Part shown: piece after piece, positions 7,207 through 16,690 of the stretch
Layout of the letters: each line of letters starts with the position of its first letter
How positions within the stretch are numbered: position 1 is the stretch's first letter
Virus record (IMG/VR): IMGVR_UViG_3300050343_000212
DNA length: 64,000 bases
Source: a virus
Reading direction: 5' to 3' (one strand)
Position numbers and translations under genes: made by a program
The notes under the pieces: generated by a model
Databases searched by the model: none
Seen by the model: the letters and a program-made list of their open reading frames with translations, nothing else
Told to the model about the DNA's origin: nothing

Positions 7207-7875
7207 TCACTCGATATATCCTTCCTTAACAAGATACTTACGAGTCAATGGAGTAGGTGGATATTCAGTCCACATTTGACCAGAAGCACAAGCATTTAGT
7301 GCGTCTGCAGTCATTGCTTCAGTCTTACCTGCCCATGATGCTTCTGCTTCCCAAGGCCATGCAGACTTTGGATAGGTTGCTTCTACCATCTCACGCCAGA
7401 TAGGGGGAACACTGTCTTCCGGCATGATAATTGCAATCAAACTATTATCAATCGTTCCTGCCATACAATCCTGTGCTGCATGCCATCCTTCATGACGCAT
7501 GACACTCATCAGAATATGTGGACGACCCATAAATGATTTGTTCAAGAAGAAGTTATTACTTACAGTATGATAGACACCACGATGTCCTACTGGAAAATAC
7601 TTTTCATCAGCAAGATATACCTTCACACCAATTTTATTCAGTGACATGAGCATACTGTTAAACTCTTGTGACACTGGAGTAAATGAATCAGTATTATCAT
7701 ACTGTGAAGAAATATCCAGTAGAGAAAATACTTCTTTCACATCATCAGTACATTCCTGAAGTAACATACAACCCATAGAATCCATGGTGTAATATTCTTC
7801 GACAGGTTCTGCAAGTACCGGTGCAGATGCAGATAATGTAACTGCTGCCATCAATGATGTAATAATCTTTTTCAT
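7207..7875 (-). CDS. signal-peptide protein with HExxH zinc-peptidase motif
   Basis: N-terminal MKKIITSLMAAVTLSASAPVLA; RHEGWHAAQ; EAEA downstream. Confidence 0.7.
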   Translation of the reverse strand: MKKIITSLMAAVTLSASAPVLAEPVEEYYTMDSMGCMLLQECTDDVKEVFSLLDISSQYDNTDSFTPVSQEFNSMLMSLNKIGVKVYLADEKYFPVGHRGVYHTVSNNFFLNKSFMGRPHILMSVMRHEGWHAAQDCMAGTIDNSLIAIIMPEDSVPPIWREMVEATYPKSAWPWEAEASWAGKTEAMTADALNACASGQMWTEYPPTPLTRKYLVKEGYIE

Positions 7876-7893
7876 GTTAAAAATTCAGATAGT

Positions 7894-8154
7894 TTATGTA
7901 TTAGGTTCACTATTATCGTTGAAACCTTTTCTTGATTTTACATATTCTAATTGATGCCAGTTCCAATGATGACAACAAAGTAAAACATGATGTTTTTTGT
8001 GTAGATCGTCAGTTAAAGTACATGTTTTGTTTTTGACATATAATTCAATTGAAATGTATTCTTGATCACAAAAATATATCCACCCTTCATGAATATACTT
8101 ACCATGATGCCATCTCACATAATCGTGTAGTTTTGGCACATACTTATGTGCCAT
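7894..8154 (-). CDS. hypothetical protein
   Basis: Probable start MAHKYVPKLHDYVRW inside the tracked ORF. Confidence 0.65.
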   Translation of the reverse strand: MAHKYVPKLHDYVRWHHGKYIHEGWIYFCDQEYISIELYVKNKTCTLTDDLHKKHHVLLCCHHWNWHQLEYVKSRKGFNDNSEPNT

Positions 8155-8161
8155 CCTATCC

Positions 8162-8356
8162 TTACGTGTTTCCATCTGGAATCCCAATGACTGCAATAGT
8201 CTCTTGTTGTTTGAAGTACAGTTTAACATAACATCGTAGAACTGTCTTCAATGTATCAATGTCATTACACTCCTCAATCTCCCTAGACATCTTTTCGTAC
8301 GCAAAAGATTTTGAAGGAGTAGTTAATGTAATACTATTGGGATCCATGTCTGTCAT
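8162..8356 (-). CDS. NblA-like phycobilisome-degradation adaptor (putative)
   Basis: ITLTTPSKSFAYEKMSREIEECNDIDTLKTVLRCYVKLYFKQQE follows the two-helix pattern of NblA (by-eye alignment only). Confidence 0.5.
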   Translation of the reverse strand: MTDMDPNSITLTTPSKSFAYEKMSREIEECNDIDTLKTVLRCYVKLYFKQQETIAVIGIPDGNT

Positions 8357-8646
8357 AGGAAAGCACTCATTAAGGGATTGAGATTCAACACCATTGCGGA
8401 GAAAGGAGTTGTATTTTTTATATTTACCGGTTTTCCAGGTTTCTTGTGGTTGATGGGAGAGAGGTAAGATTTCTTTCTACTGTCATAAAAGCCCCAAACG
8501 CTAGAAGGATGGATGCCATCAGTGTATACGAAATCGCCAAGGTTGCGAATCCATATACGTTTAATTGTTTTCTTGAAATCATCTGTCCAATACTCATATC
8601 CATCAGGGGCTTTGTGTGGAAATTCCATAATAAAGTTGTCCATCAT
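8353..8646 (-). CDS. conserved cyanophage hypothetical protein
   Basis: FPHKAPDGY...SSVWGFY...YLSPINHKKPGK..NTTPFSAM. Confidence 0.75.
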   Translation of the reverse strand: MMDNFIMEFPHKAPDGYEYWTDDFKKTIKRIWIRNLGDFVYTDGIHPSSVWGFYDSRKKSYLSPINHKKPGKPVNIKNTTPFSAMVLNLNPLMSAFL

Positions 8647-8647
8647 A

Positions 8648-8676
8648 ATTATAACTAATTTTAACTAATTTGTCAA
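8648..8676 (-). promoter_or_regulatory. perfect sigma70 promoter
   Basis: TTGACA-N17-TATAAT. Confidence 0.85.
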
Positions 8677-8679
8677 ATG

Positions 8680-8865
8680 TCAAAGTGGACGAATCTCTGA
8701 ATTAATTGCACCTTTATTTTCCACAACAAATCGTTCAAACAACATTGCGTCTCTGATATCAAAGAACGTTGCTGTCTGAACTGAGTAGTGAGATTTCTTT
8801 TTCTTTGGTTGTTGATACTTGAGGAGGAACTTCATTAGTTTCATGATAATGTTTGAGTGTGTCAA
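8680..8865 (-). CDS. hypothetical protein (start uncertain)
   Basis: ORF track; ...YSVQTATFFDIRDAMLFE... Confidence 0.55.
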   Translation of the reverse strand: MTHSNIIMKLMKFLLKYQQPKKKKSHYSVQTATFFDIRDAMLFERFVVENKGAINSEIRPL

Positions 8866-8995
8866 TGACGAGTTGCCTCCAACCCATTAACTCAGGGAAA
8901 CAACTTTGGTTATATGCACAACCACGGAGTTTACTGTCTGGTTTGTATATACTCTCAATCATGAGATCCAGAGATCTTTTTTCTCTGTCGTTCAT
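8759..8995 (-). CDS. conserved cyanophage hypothetical protein
   Basis: MNDREKRSLDLMIESIYKPDSKLRGCAYNQSCF. Confidence 0.7.
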   Translation of the reverse strand: MNDREKRSLDLMIESIYKPDSKLRGCAYNQSCFPELMGWRQLVIDTLKHYHETNEVPPQVSTTKEKEISLLSSDSNVL

Positions 8996-9222
8996 TCGTC
9001 AAACACCTTACACATAGGTGAACCTGGATGATCATCACAGAACTTATCTAATACCTTATCCAGATGACGATTCTTTGGATCAGCAATTTTACCCTCTGTG
9101 GTAGGATCCCACTCATCATCTGAATGTTCTTCATTGCAATGAAGTTCTACTTTGTATTCATTCCACTTATCATTAGCATCATAAAGTGGATCGGATGGAT
9201 CTTTTTGGCGTGGTTGTGACAT
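8992..9222 (-). CDS. cp12: CP12-like protein
   Basis: C-terminal LDKFCDDHPGSPMCKVFDE matches the CP12 C-x8-C tail; acidic, 76 aa. Confidence 0.7.
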   Translation of the reverse strand: MSQPRQKDPSDPLYDANDKWNEYKVELHCNEEHSDDEWDPTTEGKIADPKNRHLDKVLDKFCDDHPGSPMCKVFDE

Positions 9223-9226
9223 AATT

Positions 9227-9460
9227 TTAGGTAAGAAATGAAGTTACTACTTTAGACTTTTCTTCGTCCAACAGTGCATATTTATTAGATTTTCCTATGT
9301 TCTCACGAAGCTTCGTGTAACATCCAATATTCAATTCATCATCTTCTGATACTACAATATCAAAACATTGTTGATCAGACTCTGCAATAACATTCCACAC
9401 TCCACCATACTCTGACTGGGGAAATGGGACAAAATGATCAATGACGTAGAGGTACTTCAT
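9227..9460 (-). CDS. conserved cyanophage hypothetical protein
   Basis: DHFVPFPQSEYGGVWNVIA. Confidence 0.75.
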   Translation of the reverse strand: MKYLYVIDHFVPFPQSEYGGVWNVIAESDQQCFDIVVSEDDELNIGCYTKLRENIGKSNKYALLDEEKSKVVTSFLT

Positions 9461-9658
9461 TTACTCCTGTGGATTCTCTTCAATTGTATCATTAAGACGC
9501 ATAATTGACAACTGACGTTCCAATTCGGTTGCAATTGATGTCAAATGTTGATAAAGAAATGTTTTATATGGATTATCTACTAGAACATCTACTGTTGCAC
9601 TGATGTGAGCCCTAGCATTAGCTACCTTCTCCATCTCAATCTCTTGTTCTCTATTCAT
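9461..9658 (-). CDS. hypothetical protein
   Basis: ORF track, 65 aa. Confidence 0.65.
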   Translation of the reverse strand: MNREQEIEMEKVANARAHISATVDVLVDNPYKTFLYQHLTSIATELERQLSIMRLNDTIEENPQE

Positions 9659-9784
9659 TTAAATAAATTCCTCAAGGTAGTATTCTAAATTAATGTTTAG
9701 TTCATCAGCCTTTTGTTGACATTCATCAAGAAAGTCTTCCATGTCTGATACTTCAATTTGATCAAGTTTGCGTTCAATGCTCAT
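9659..9784 (-). CDS. small acidic hypothetical protein (41 aa)
   Basis: Manual translation MSIERKLDQIEVSDMEDFLDECQQKADELNINLEYYLEEFI. Confidence 0.6.
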   Translation of the reverse strand: MSIERKLDQIEVSDMEDFLDECQQKADELNINLEYYLEEFI

Positions 9785-9927
9785 TTTTTAAGTTTGCGTA
9801 CAAGGTGTTCTGCCCACTCCTCCATCTTATCAGGATGAATAGCTCGGATGCCGGAGTCTTCAACCGCTTTGCGAATTGACTCCATTTCTCTTGATTTCAG
9901 TTTCTTTCGATCCTGGGGGAGGGTCAT
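9781..9927 (-). CDS. hypothetical protein (48 aa)
   Basis: Manual translation MTLPQDRKKLKSREMESIRKAVEDSGIRAIHPDKMEEWAEHLVRKLKK; ATGA overlaps on both sides. Confidence 0.65.
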   Translation of the reverse strand: MTLPQDRKKLKSREMESIRKAVEDSGIRAIHPDKMEEWAEHLVRKLKK

Positions 9928-10250
9928 AGACTTTCGAGCTCCATGTCAATGTCGTCCTTATATTTACCATTATTTGTTTCTTCTACCCAGTTACTACGAC
10001 GATAAGGAACATCCTCCTGTGCCGCTGTAATTACAGTATTATTCCATGCTTTTTGTGATGCCTTTTGATATTGACTGGTATAGACTGGCATATAAGCAAC
10101 TAAAGCATTTGTGATATCAATGATTTGAGTTCTATCTTCATTGTTCACTGCCTGAGTTAGATCATCAATCATTTCCTCCACAACCTTGATACGATTAAAT
10201 GATTCTTCGAGGTTGTTCATAACCTCCCAAGTTTTCTTGTAGTTGATCAC
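9924..10250 (-). CDS. helical hypothetical protein
   Basis: ORF track, 108 aa. Confidence 0.7.
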   Translation of the reverse strand: MINYKKTWEVMNNLEESFNRIKVVEEMIDDLTQAVNNEDRTQIIDITNALVAYMPVYTSQYQKASQKAWNNTVITAAQEDVPYRRSNWVEETNNGKYKDDIDMELESL

Positions 10251-10441
10251 TTACAGATGCTCCAATTAGGGTCGTTTTCTTTACTCATCCAGAAGTGATA
10301 CCTTCCGGTAATAGATACCAAGAACCACTTTTCTTGATCCTCTTGTTCCACTTTACAGGAATGAAGATAATCCATCATATTAGCGAATCTATTCTTCGCC
10401 TTTGATGATTTAGGCTGAACTGTGATGAACTTTGGTTTCAT
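10247..10441 (-). CDS. conserved cyanophage hypothetical protein
   Basis: PKSSKAKNRFANMMD.LHSC.VEQE. Confidence 0.75.
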   Translation of the reverse strand: MKPKFITVQPKSSKAKNRFANMMDYLHSCKVEQEDQEKWFLVSITGRYHFWMSKENDPNWSICK

Positions 10442-10486
10442 GATCTTAAGGTTGCTTAAATTAACCCTATCTTAGAGGACAAACCC

Positions 10487-10515
10487 AGTCTATAGGATAC
10501 AGGGATGATTGTCAA
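10487..10515 (-). promoter_or_regulatory. sigma70-type promoter at the start of the early region
   Basis: TTGACA-N17-TAGACT. Confidence 0.75.
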
Positions 10516-10553
10516 GCCCCCTCTAGGAGAGTCTCTGACACCCTCATACTATA

Positions 10554-10581
10554 AGACCCCCCCGACGTATCGGAGAGGTCT
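10554..10581 (-). terminator. 12-bp RNA hairpin with UACG loop ending the fibre island
   Basis: AGACCUCUCCGA-UACG-UCGGGGGGGUCU pairs fully (with G-U) on the minus strand only; weak U-tract. Confidence 0.6.
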
Positions 10582-10668
10582 GATAGACACCTTGTGGATT
10601 GTCCTAATCGTCTAATGTATAATATATTCAGTGATATTACATATCAGTTTAATCAGAATATCAATTTT

Positions 10669-11641
10669 TTAGTATGTTGCAGATATAACAAAATCATTAA
10701 CATTTTGGGGTAGATCATCTGCTGATGGTACGATACCTCCAGAAAAAGCATGAATTATAACATATCCATTATTTCTCTGATAGTTTCTATTAGGACTATT
10801 CTGCCCCTGCCCACCAGCACCCCAAGATTGGGTTGGACTAGTAGGTGATGATCCTAACAAAGGATATTCTGTAAAATTATATCCGCTGGAATGGATAATT
10901 CTACCATTTCCTGTATAGTAATTTATAAATGGACCACCTTCCGATTGCGGAATCATTAGTGGACCGTCAATGCGGCCAGATCCGCCACCACCGCCGCCCT
11001 GGCCACCGCCAGCGGCACCACCATAGTAACCACCACCACCGCCACCACCGTTTCCTCCTGGTCCACCCTTCAAATAACTTCCATAATATTGACTACCCTC
11101 TTGACTGGTTCCACCAGCTGATTGAGTGCCACCATAACCTTTACCATTGGGAGCCGGACCAAATCCAGGTTGGCCTGAGGAACCACCACCGGCACCACCA
11201 GCAGTACTGGAATTGATTACAGCACCACCGCCACCACCAGCAATTAAATGAGAAGTCCATGAAGGTTCTGGGTCAGATGGAGTATTTGGACCAGTTAAGA
11301 CTCCACTAAATCCACCACCAGAAGCATATGGACCATAACCTCTACCATTATTACTATTACTTCCTACAGCAACTTTTAATACCTGGCCAGGGGTTACTTC
11401 CATGATACCAGTGGAATAACCACCAGATCCACCATTACCATCAGGGTAAGTATTAGGATAGTTTGAAGCTTCAGCACCTGAACCCATTGCCCTAATCATA
11501 ATGTATTTTATACCAGAAGGAACAGTCCAACTAGAAGCGGATGTATTGTAATTTCTGACACTCTTGAAAAGGTAGGTTCCTTCATATTTCCTCCACCACC
11601 ACTATTTCCAAAGACCAAGTAAAAGATTTGGTATAGATCAC
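10669..11641 (-). CDS. glycine-rich fibre-tip/receptor-binding protein (5' end noisy)
   Basis: WTVPSGIKYIMIRAMG..GGSGG...GGGGG repeats; 5' ~140 nt contains indels. Confidence 0.75.
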
Positions 11642-11655
11642 TAGCTAAATACTCC

Positions 11656-12957
11656 TTATGTTAATCCTGTGAAAGATATAGCAAACTCACTTGCAGATAT
11701 GTACAATACAATTGCTACAATCCATATGCTCCTATTGTTTTAGTTGCAGTCTGCTGCATCAGCCGTAGATACGAAGTGTAACACGCAGTATGCTTTATGA
11801 TATCATAGTTGAGTTACCAGTACTGATATGATAGATTGTAACAACATATCACCAGCAGTCATACACTTTGTGGATACTGTTAAAGTATTATCCACCAGTC
11901 CTTGTAATAGTCTTACCAGTACGTCACTAGCTACAAGTGTATAATTACCTGAACTGCTTTGCCGATATTGGTGTTATTCTTCAGTCGACCGACTTGTGTC
12001 AGTGACTGTGCCAGTTACTGTGACGCCAGATGCTGAGGTTTCAATTTCTTTAGAGTTGTCGTGGTAAAGTTCTACTGCACCACCGGCGATAAACCTTGCA
12101 CCATGTTCAAATGATCCGCCTTGTGCTAACTGAATTTCACCTCCAGCTGGAACTTGGAAACTTATATTGCCATTACTACTTTGAAAAATATTATGAGAAC
12201 CATTATGATAAATCTGTAAATCATCATTAGTTCCAAATCTAATCTTAGAGTTATCTACAAGATCAATATTACCACCAGTAACATCAATACCAGTTCTGGC
12301 AGTAACAAGTCCAACTGAATCAACATTGGTAACATCTTCATAAGTCAATGTACCACCAACTGATACATTACCAGAGAATGAACCAGTTGTTGCAGTTACA
12401 TCACCAGAGAATGAACCAGTTGTTGCATTTACAGCAGTAAATGTTGATACACCAGTGACAACCAAACCACTTGGGAATATAGGCGCATCACCACCATTAG
12501 GTCCTGTAATTTGACCTGTACGAACTCTACCACCTGCACCTGATAAAAGTCCAGAAGTAGTTCCTTCTGTGGATAGACCTAAAACATCAAGTAAAAAGTC
12601 GTCTCCATCAGCAATAATGATATCAGCATTCTCGGTAGTTACAATCTCTTGATTTAGAGTGTATGCAACAGTAGATGAGTTTGGAATATCAATGGTAATT
12701 GTTTCATTGATACCAAGAGTTTTGTCAACATAAAATATGTCCTTTCCTGGTCCTTGAGCGGACATAGCAGTACCAATACCACCTGCACCACCAACTTCTG
12801 CTCCATCAGAAGTAAGAAACTTATCGGCAGTAACAGTGCCTGCAACAGACAGTGTACTACCAGGAGTTGCCGTTACAATTCCTAATCTGTTATCTGTATT
12901 ATTAGGTGTAAGTAAATTTTTAGATACAAGATTAGCTAGTATATTTACGTTAGACAT
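11656..12957 (-). CDS. tail-fibre protein with C-terminal docking domain (3' part frameshifted)
   Basis: TYEDVTNVDSVG module, GTNDDLQIYHNG repeat; degraded YTLVASD.GK...ISFTGLT* tail at 11656-11990. Confidence 0.75.
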
Positions 12958-12981
12958 ATCTATCTAATTTTTAGTTATTTA

Positions 12982-14215
12982 TTAGTACATCAACTGAACA
13001 CCATTGATATCATCAATGGTAATTTTCTCTGGATTAGTATTATTGGCATATTGATCACTTCGATCAACCGAAGTACTGGGGAATTCTCTTTTATTCGCAG
13101 GAATAACAGGACCATTATATCCATAAACAATTCTTACCATACCATGTCCTCCAGCACCCGCATGGGAACTAGAGTGGCCGCCACATCCACCACCTCCACA
13201 GAACCCACCATCGCCGGTGTATTGTGTAACAGGGCCGTCGCTTCTTTGGTTAACATAGATATTTGGGTTAGGAGTTGGCCCATCCCCCCAGTAACCGGTG
13301 GGTCTAGCGTTAGGACCAGGTATATTACTGATGTTACCTGGATATGCAATATAACCGTTTAAACCAGTATTATATGCTGTTGAACCTCCTCCACCATAAT
13401 TATTATACCAGTTACTAGCGGGCGAGCCACCTACACCCGGTGTCCCTTCACCATACACGCCTGTTCCACCCTCCGCCTCCGGCACCATCGGAGCTGTTCC
13501 GACTATTACCACCAGCACCACCGCCACCTGATCCTGGCTGTGGTGGACCAGGAAATCCTGATATGGGATATCCATCGGCTGGTCCACTCGATCCACCGGG
13601 TCCACTATATCCACCGGCACCACCGCCTCCCATTCTGGTACCAGGGGTGTCAGTACCGTTACCACCAGAACCACCACCATCAGCATTAGATGGTGTGAAC
13701 GTCCCACCGGCAATGTTACCCCAAGCGGGGCTGGTGGGATGATCATATCCTCCTTCGCCACCACCAGCTACTGCATAGTTTTGACCTGCAATTCTTATAT
13801 AAGATGGATTTCCATTATATTGAGTACTATTGAAGCTTCCATTGGGATTGCGTCCACCACCACCAACATAAACTTCAACTTGAGCTCCTGGTGAGATAGG
13901 TATATTATTCTTATAAGCTAACGCCCCACCACCAGCACTGGCTCCATCGTGTTGCATTTCTCCAGAACCACCACCACCAACACAAACTACAGAAATGTAA
14001 TCAATATTAGATGAATCTGGAACAGTCCATGAGTATGGTTGTTGTGAGTTCCAACCACTTGCGTGGAATAATGCTTCACCAATAAATCGCGTATCTCCTT
14101 GTGAACCATCTGGCATTCCAAAAACTCTACCAGATCTGGTATAAGGAATGGATCGACCATCTACAAGAGTCTGTTGACCTCTAATTCTAGTTCCTGGCGC
14201 GTTAGATCTAAGCAT
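12982..14215 (-). CDS. glycine-rich tip protein (one +1 frameshift near 13470)
   Basis: Tracked ORFs 13448..14215 and 12982..13764 join by deleting one G; WTVP..ISVVCVGGGG...GGHGMVRIVY. Confidence 0.8.
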
Positions 14216-14230
14216 TTGAAGTACCTCCTA

Positions 14231-14638
14231 TTAGACAGTGTCACCTAAAATTTGAACATTCATTTGTGTTCCTGTACCAACACCAGTCGCGCCCATAACG
14301 GGGGTGAGTAATGTTTATAGCAATTTTGTCACCATTTTCCAAAACTAATGGATAAGCATAATCAAAGAAATACGTTTCCGTTGGGTTTTAAATTTACTTG
14401 AGAAATTAAATGATTAGTTCCAGAACTTGAAGCATTAACCCCGTTTGGAGCAATATAAATCGAACAAGCAGCAGTGTTGATACCACTAGTATTGTGAGTT
14501 ACAATACTACGAATGTACGTGGTTCCAGCAACTCCAGATGAAGTTTGTGTTGTTCCCGAGGTAAAGATACCAATCGGGTTAGGGGGTGATACCAGTTAAG
14601 TTGGTAATACCAATTAGTTTAGTTCTTTTGAGTCCCAT
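14231..14638 (-). CDS. small beta-sandwich fibre adaptor (three +1 frameshifts)
   Basis: Reconstructed MGLKRTKLIGIT...TYIRSIVTHN...ETYFFDYAYPLVLENGDKI...ILGDTV; paralog of 16320..16661. Confidence 0.7.
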
Positions 14639-14659
14639 TGTGATATCTTTTTAAGTTAT

Positions 14660-14959
14660 TTAGTTGAACAAAGCTGCATCTAATTCATCAAAACTGCCAC
14701 CACCACTGGTATTGACACCTTCAAGATTAGAACCATCACCATAATAATAGATCGTACCACTGACAGCGGAGATACTTTGACCGGCTCCTATTTTAATACC
14801 GGATTGAGCAGTAACAATACCAACAGAATCAACATTGGTTACATCTTGATATGTTAATGTACCACCAATAGATATATTTGCAGCAGTCAATCCATCTGGA
14901 AAATTTACTGATCCGCTTGCAGCCCTATTGGTGATTGTATCAACTCTAATTCTGGACAT
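14660..14959 (-). CDS. short fibre/linker protein
   Basis: N-terminal MSRIRVDTITN, TYQDVTNVDSVG module, C-terminal DELDAALFN. Confidence 0.8.
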   Translation of the reverse strand: MSRIRVDTITNRAASGSVNFPDGLTAANISIGGTLTYQDVTNVDSVGIVTAQSGIKIGAGQSISAVSGTIYYYGDGSNLEGVNTSGGGSFDELDAALFN

Positions 14960-14981
14960 TATTCTAGAATCTTTTTAGTAT

Positions 14982-16316
14982 TTAGAATGGTTCATATCTA
15001 TTACTTTTGTAGAGAACATTAGTAAATCTAGATTCAGGGCTAATATTGAAATTCACACTATCACTATTACCAGCACAATAAGCTGAACCGAGGTCTATTG
15101 GTCCATAAGTTTTTACTATAGTTCCACTATCATCAACAATCTTAATCATAATCTTTGAAGTGCCACGACCATAGGTAACGGCATCAAAGTAGGTTATAGC
15201 CATAAATCCTTGTTCATTGATTCTATCAAAACTAATTCCAGAGTGGGGGTTATAATATCGTCCACCTGATGTATTACTTTGATTTGAAAGTGGAATTCCA
15301 AGGTCTTTTGGAACGGCATCAAATGAAGGGTTAATATCTAAATATCCTACCCTATATGAATAATCATAGGTACTGGTCCCATACTTATAAAGTTTGAACA
15401 GTTTTGTGTCTGTTACCCCAATACAAGGATTTCCAGTTGCGTCGTCAATGTGGGAGCTATAAGTTGCACCACCATAACTAAGTCCTTGGGTTAGATCGAT
15501 ACTTGTAGGGTTCGTGGTACCTTCTGTAAATAATTGATGATCCCCTCCCCCAGTGTGGATGATTGCTTTGGTGCTGGACATCATAAAACCACCACTCCTT
15601 GAGTAGTTACTATCAACAAACTTAACCATTGTTGCATTAGCCGTTGGGCTAGCGGCCAAATTTGAAACAGAATACAAATACTGTGGGTAAGGATAACTAC
15701 CACCAGATCCAGGGGAACCACTACCACCAGCAAACAGGTAACGATTACTCAATGAACTCGCCCATTCACGGCCGTGATTAGCAAATCCTACTGTAGGTTG
15801 GACTGAAGCCATATCGGAATATGACACATTGCCTACTGGCAGAGTCCTCAGGACTCCAGTTACAAAATCTAAAATATGGGCAGTCGTTGATCGTATTTTA
15901 ATGAGTTCATTCCCACCAAAGGGTGCAAAAGTCATGCTGTCTGCAAACGACCGCGTAACGACATTAGCTCCATAGATATCACCACCACTTAGATTAGATA
16001 TATCTATAACTTTTACACTGCCGGATGGAAGCTTACATATAATAAGATATGGGTACATAATAGTCAACGACAGTTGACATGTGGTACCACTATATCCAGT
16101 AGCAATTCTTCCAAGTATGGTCCCGTCTGTCTTTAAAATATTAACCCAATAATCGCCTGATTGATCTCTACTTAAAATATAGAGATTGGGTTCAATGATT
16201 CCTGAATATGGTTTATCAGCATCCTCAATATTAATATTAGCTCCTAATTGTCTTGATCTATAAAGGTCAAGAAGATATCCAGAATTTAAAGAGTTGGATG
16301 ATCGTAATGGACTCAT
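14982..16316 (-). CDS. beta-rich putative receptor-binding tip protein
   Basis: 444 aa, S/G/Y/T-rich, no recognisable enzyme motif, follows an adaptor gene. Confidence 0.7.
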   Translation of the reverse strand: MSPLRSSNSLNSGYLLDLYRSRQLGANINIEDADKPYSGIIEPNLYILSRDQSGDYWVNILKTDGTILGRIATGYSGTTCQLSLTIMYPYLIICKLPSGSVKVIDISNLSGGDIYGANVVTRSFADSMTFAPFGGNELIKIRSTTAHILDFVTGVLRTLPVGNVSYSDMASVQPTVGFANHGREWASSLSNRYLFAGGSGSPGSGGSYPYPQYLYSVSNLAASPTANATMVKFVDSNYSRSGGFMMSSTKAIIHTGGGDHQLFTEGTTNPTSIDLTQGLSYGGATYSSHIDDATGNPCIGVTDTKLFKLYKYGTSTYDYSYRVGYLDINPSFDAVPKDLGIPLSNQSNTSGGRYYNPHSGISFDRINEQGFMAITYFDAVTYGRGTSKIMIKIVDDSGTIVKTYGPIDLGSAYCAGNSDSVNFNISPESRFTNVLYKSNRYEPF

Positions 16317-16319
16317 TTG

Positions 16320-16661
16320 TCAAGCCTCCTTGTCGCCCATTATGATGAAATTGATTGCACTATTTCCAACTCCTACAAATAATTTATCACCCGTCTCTGT
16401 TAATACAATGGGATAAGATGGTTCAAGCAATACAGTTTCTTTTGCACTGAGTGTCACATCAAAAATTCTATTGCTTTCGTCTGCACTAGATCCATTGGGT
16501 ACATAGTACACTTGAGCGGTTGGGAACGTGTTTATCCCTACACCGTGAGCAATAATAGATTTTATGTAAACCTTTTTATTGTTCGCAACAGTTATGACAC
16601 TGGTTGTTGATCCAGCTGCTACTTGCACTACTGTTGATAATCTACCTCGTTCTAGAGACAT
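16320..16661 (-). CDS. small beta-sandwich fibre adaptor
   Basis: VYIKSIIAH...ETVLLEPSYPIVLTETGDKLFV...IIMGDKEA. Confidence 0.75.
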   Translation of the reverse strand: MSLERGRLSTVVQVAAGSTTSVITVANNKKVYIKSIIAHGVGINTFPTAQVYYVPNGSSADESNRIFDVTLSAKETVLLEPSYPIVLTETGDKLFVGVGNSAINFIIMGDKEA

Positions 16662-16690
16662 GCCTTTCTTCCTTTTAATTATTTAGTAGA

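Noticed and set aside
10442-10668. tRNA or structured ncRNA in the largest intergenic gap
   Set aside because: Only a terminator-like hairpin and a sigma70 promoter are evident; no cloverleaf or T-loop consensus found by eye here or elsewhere.
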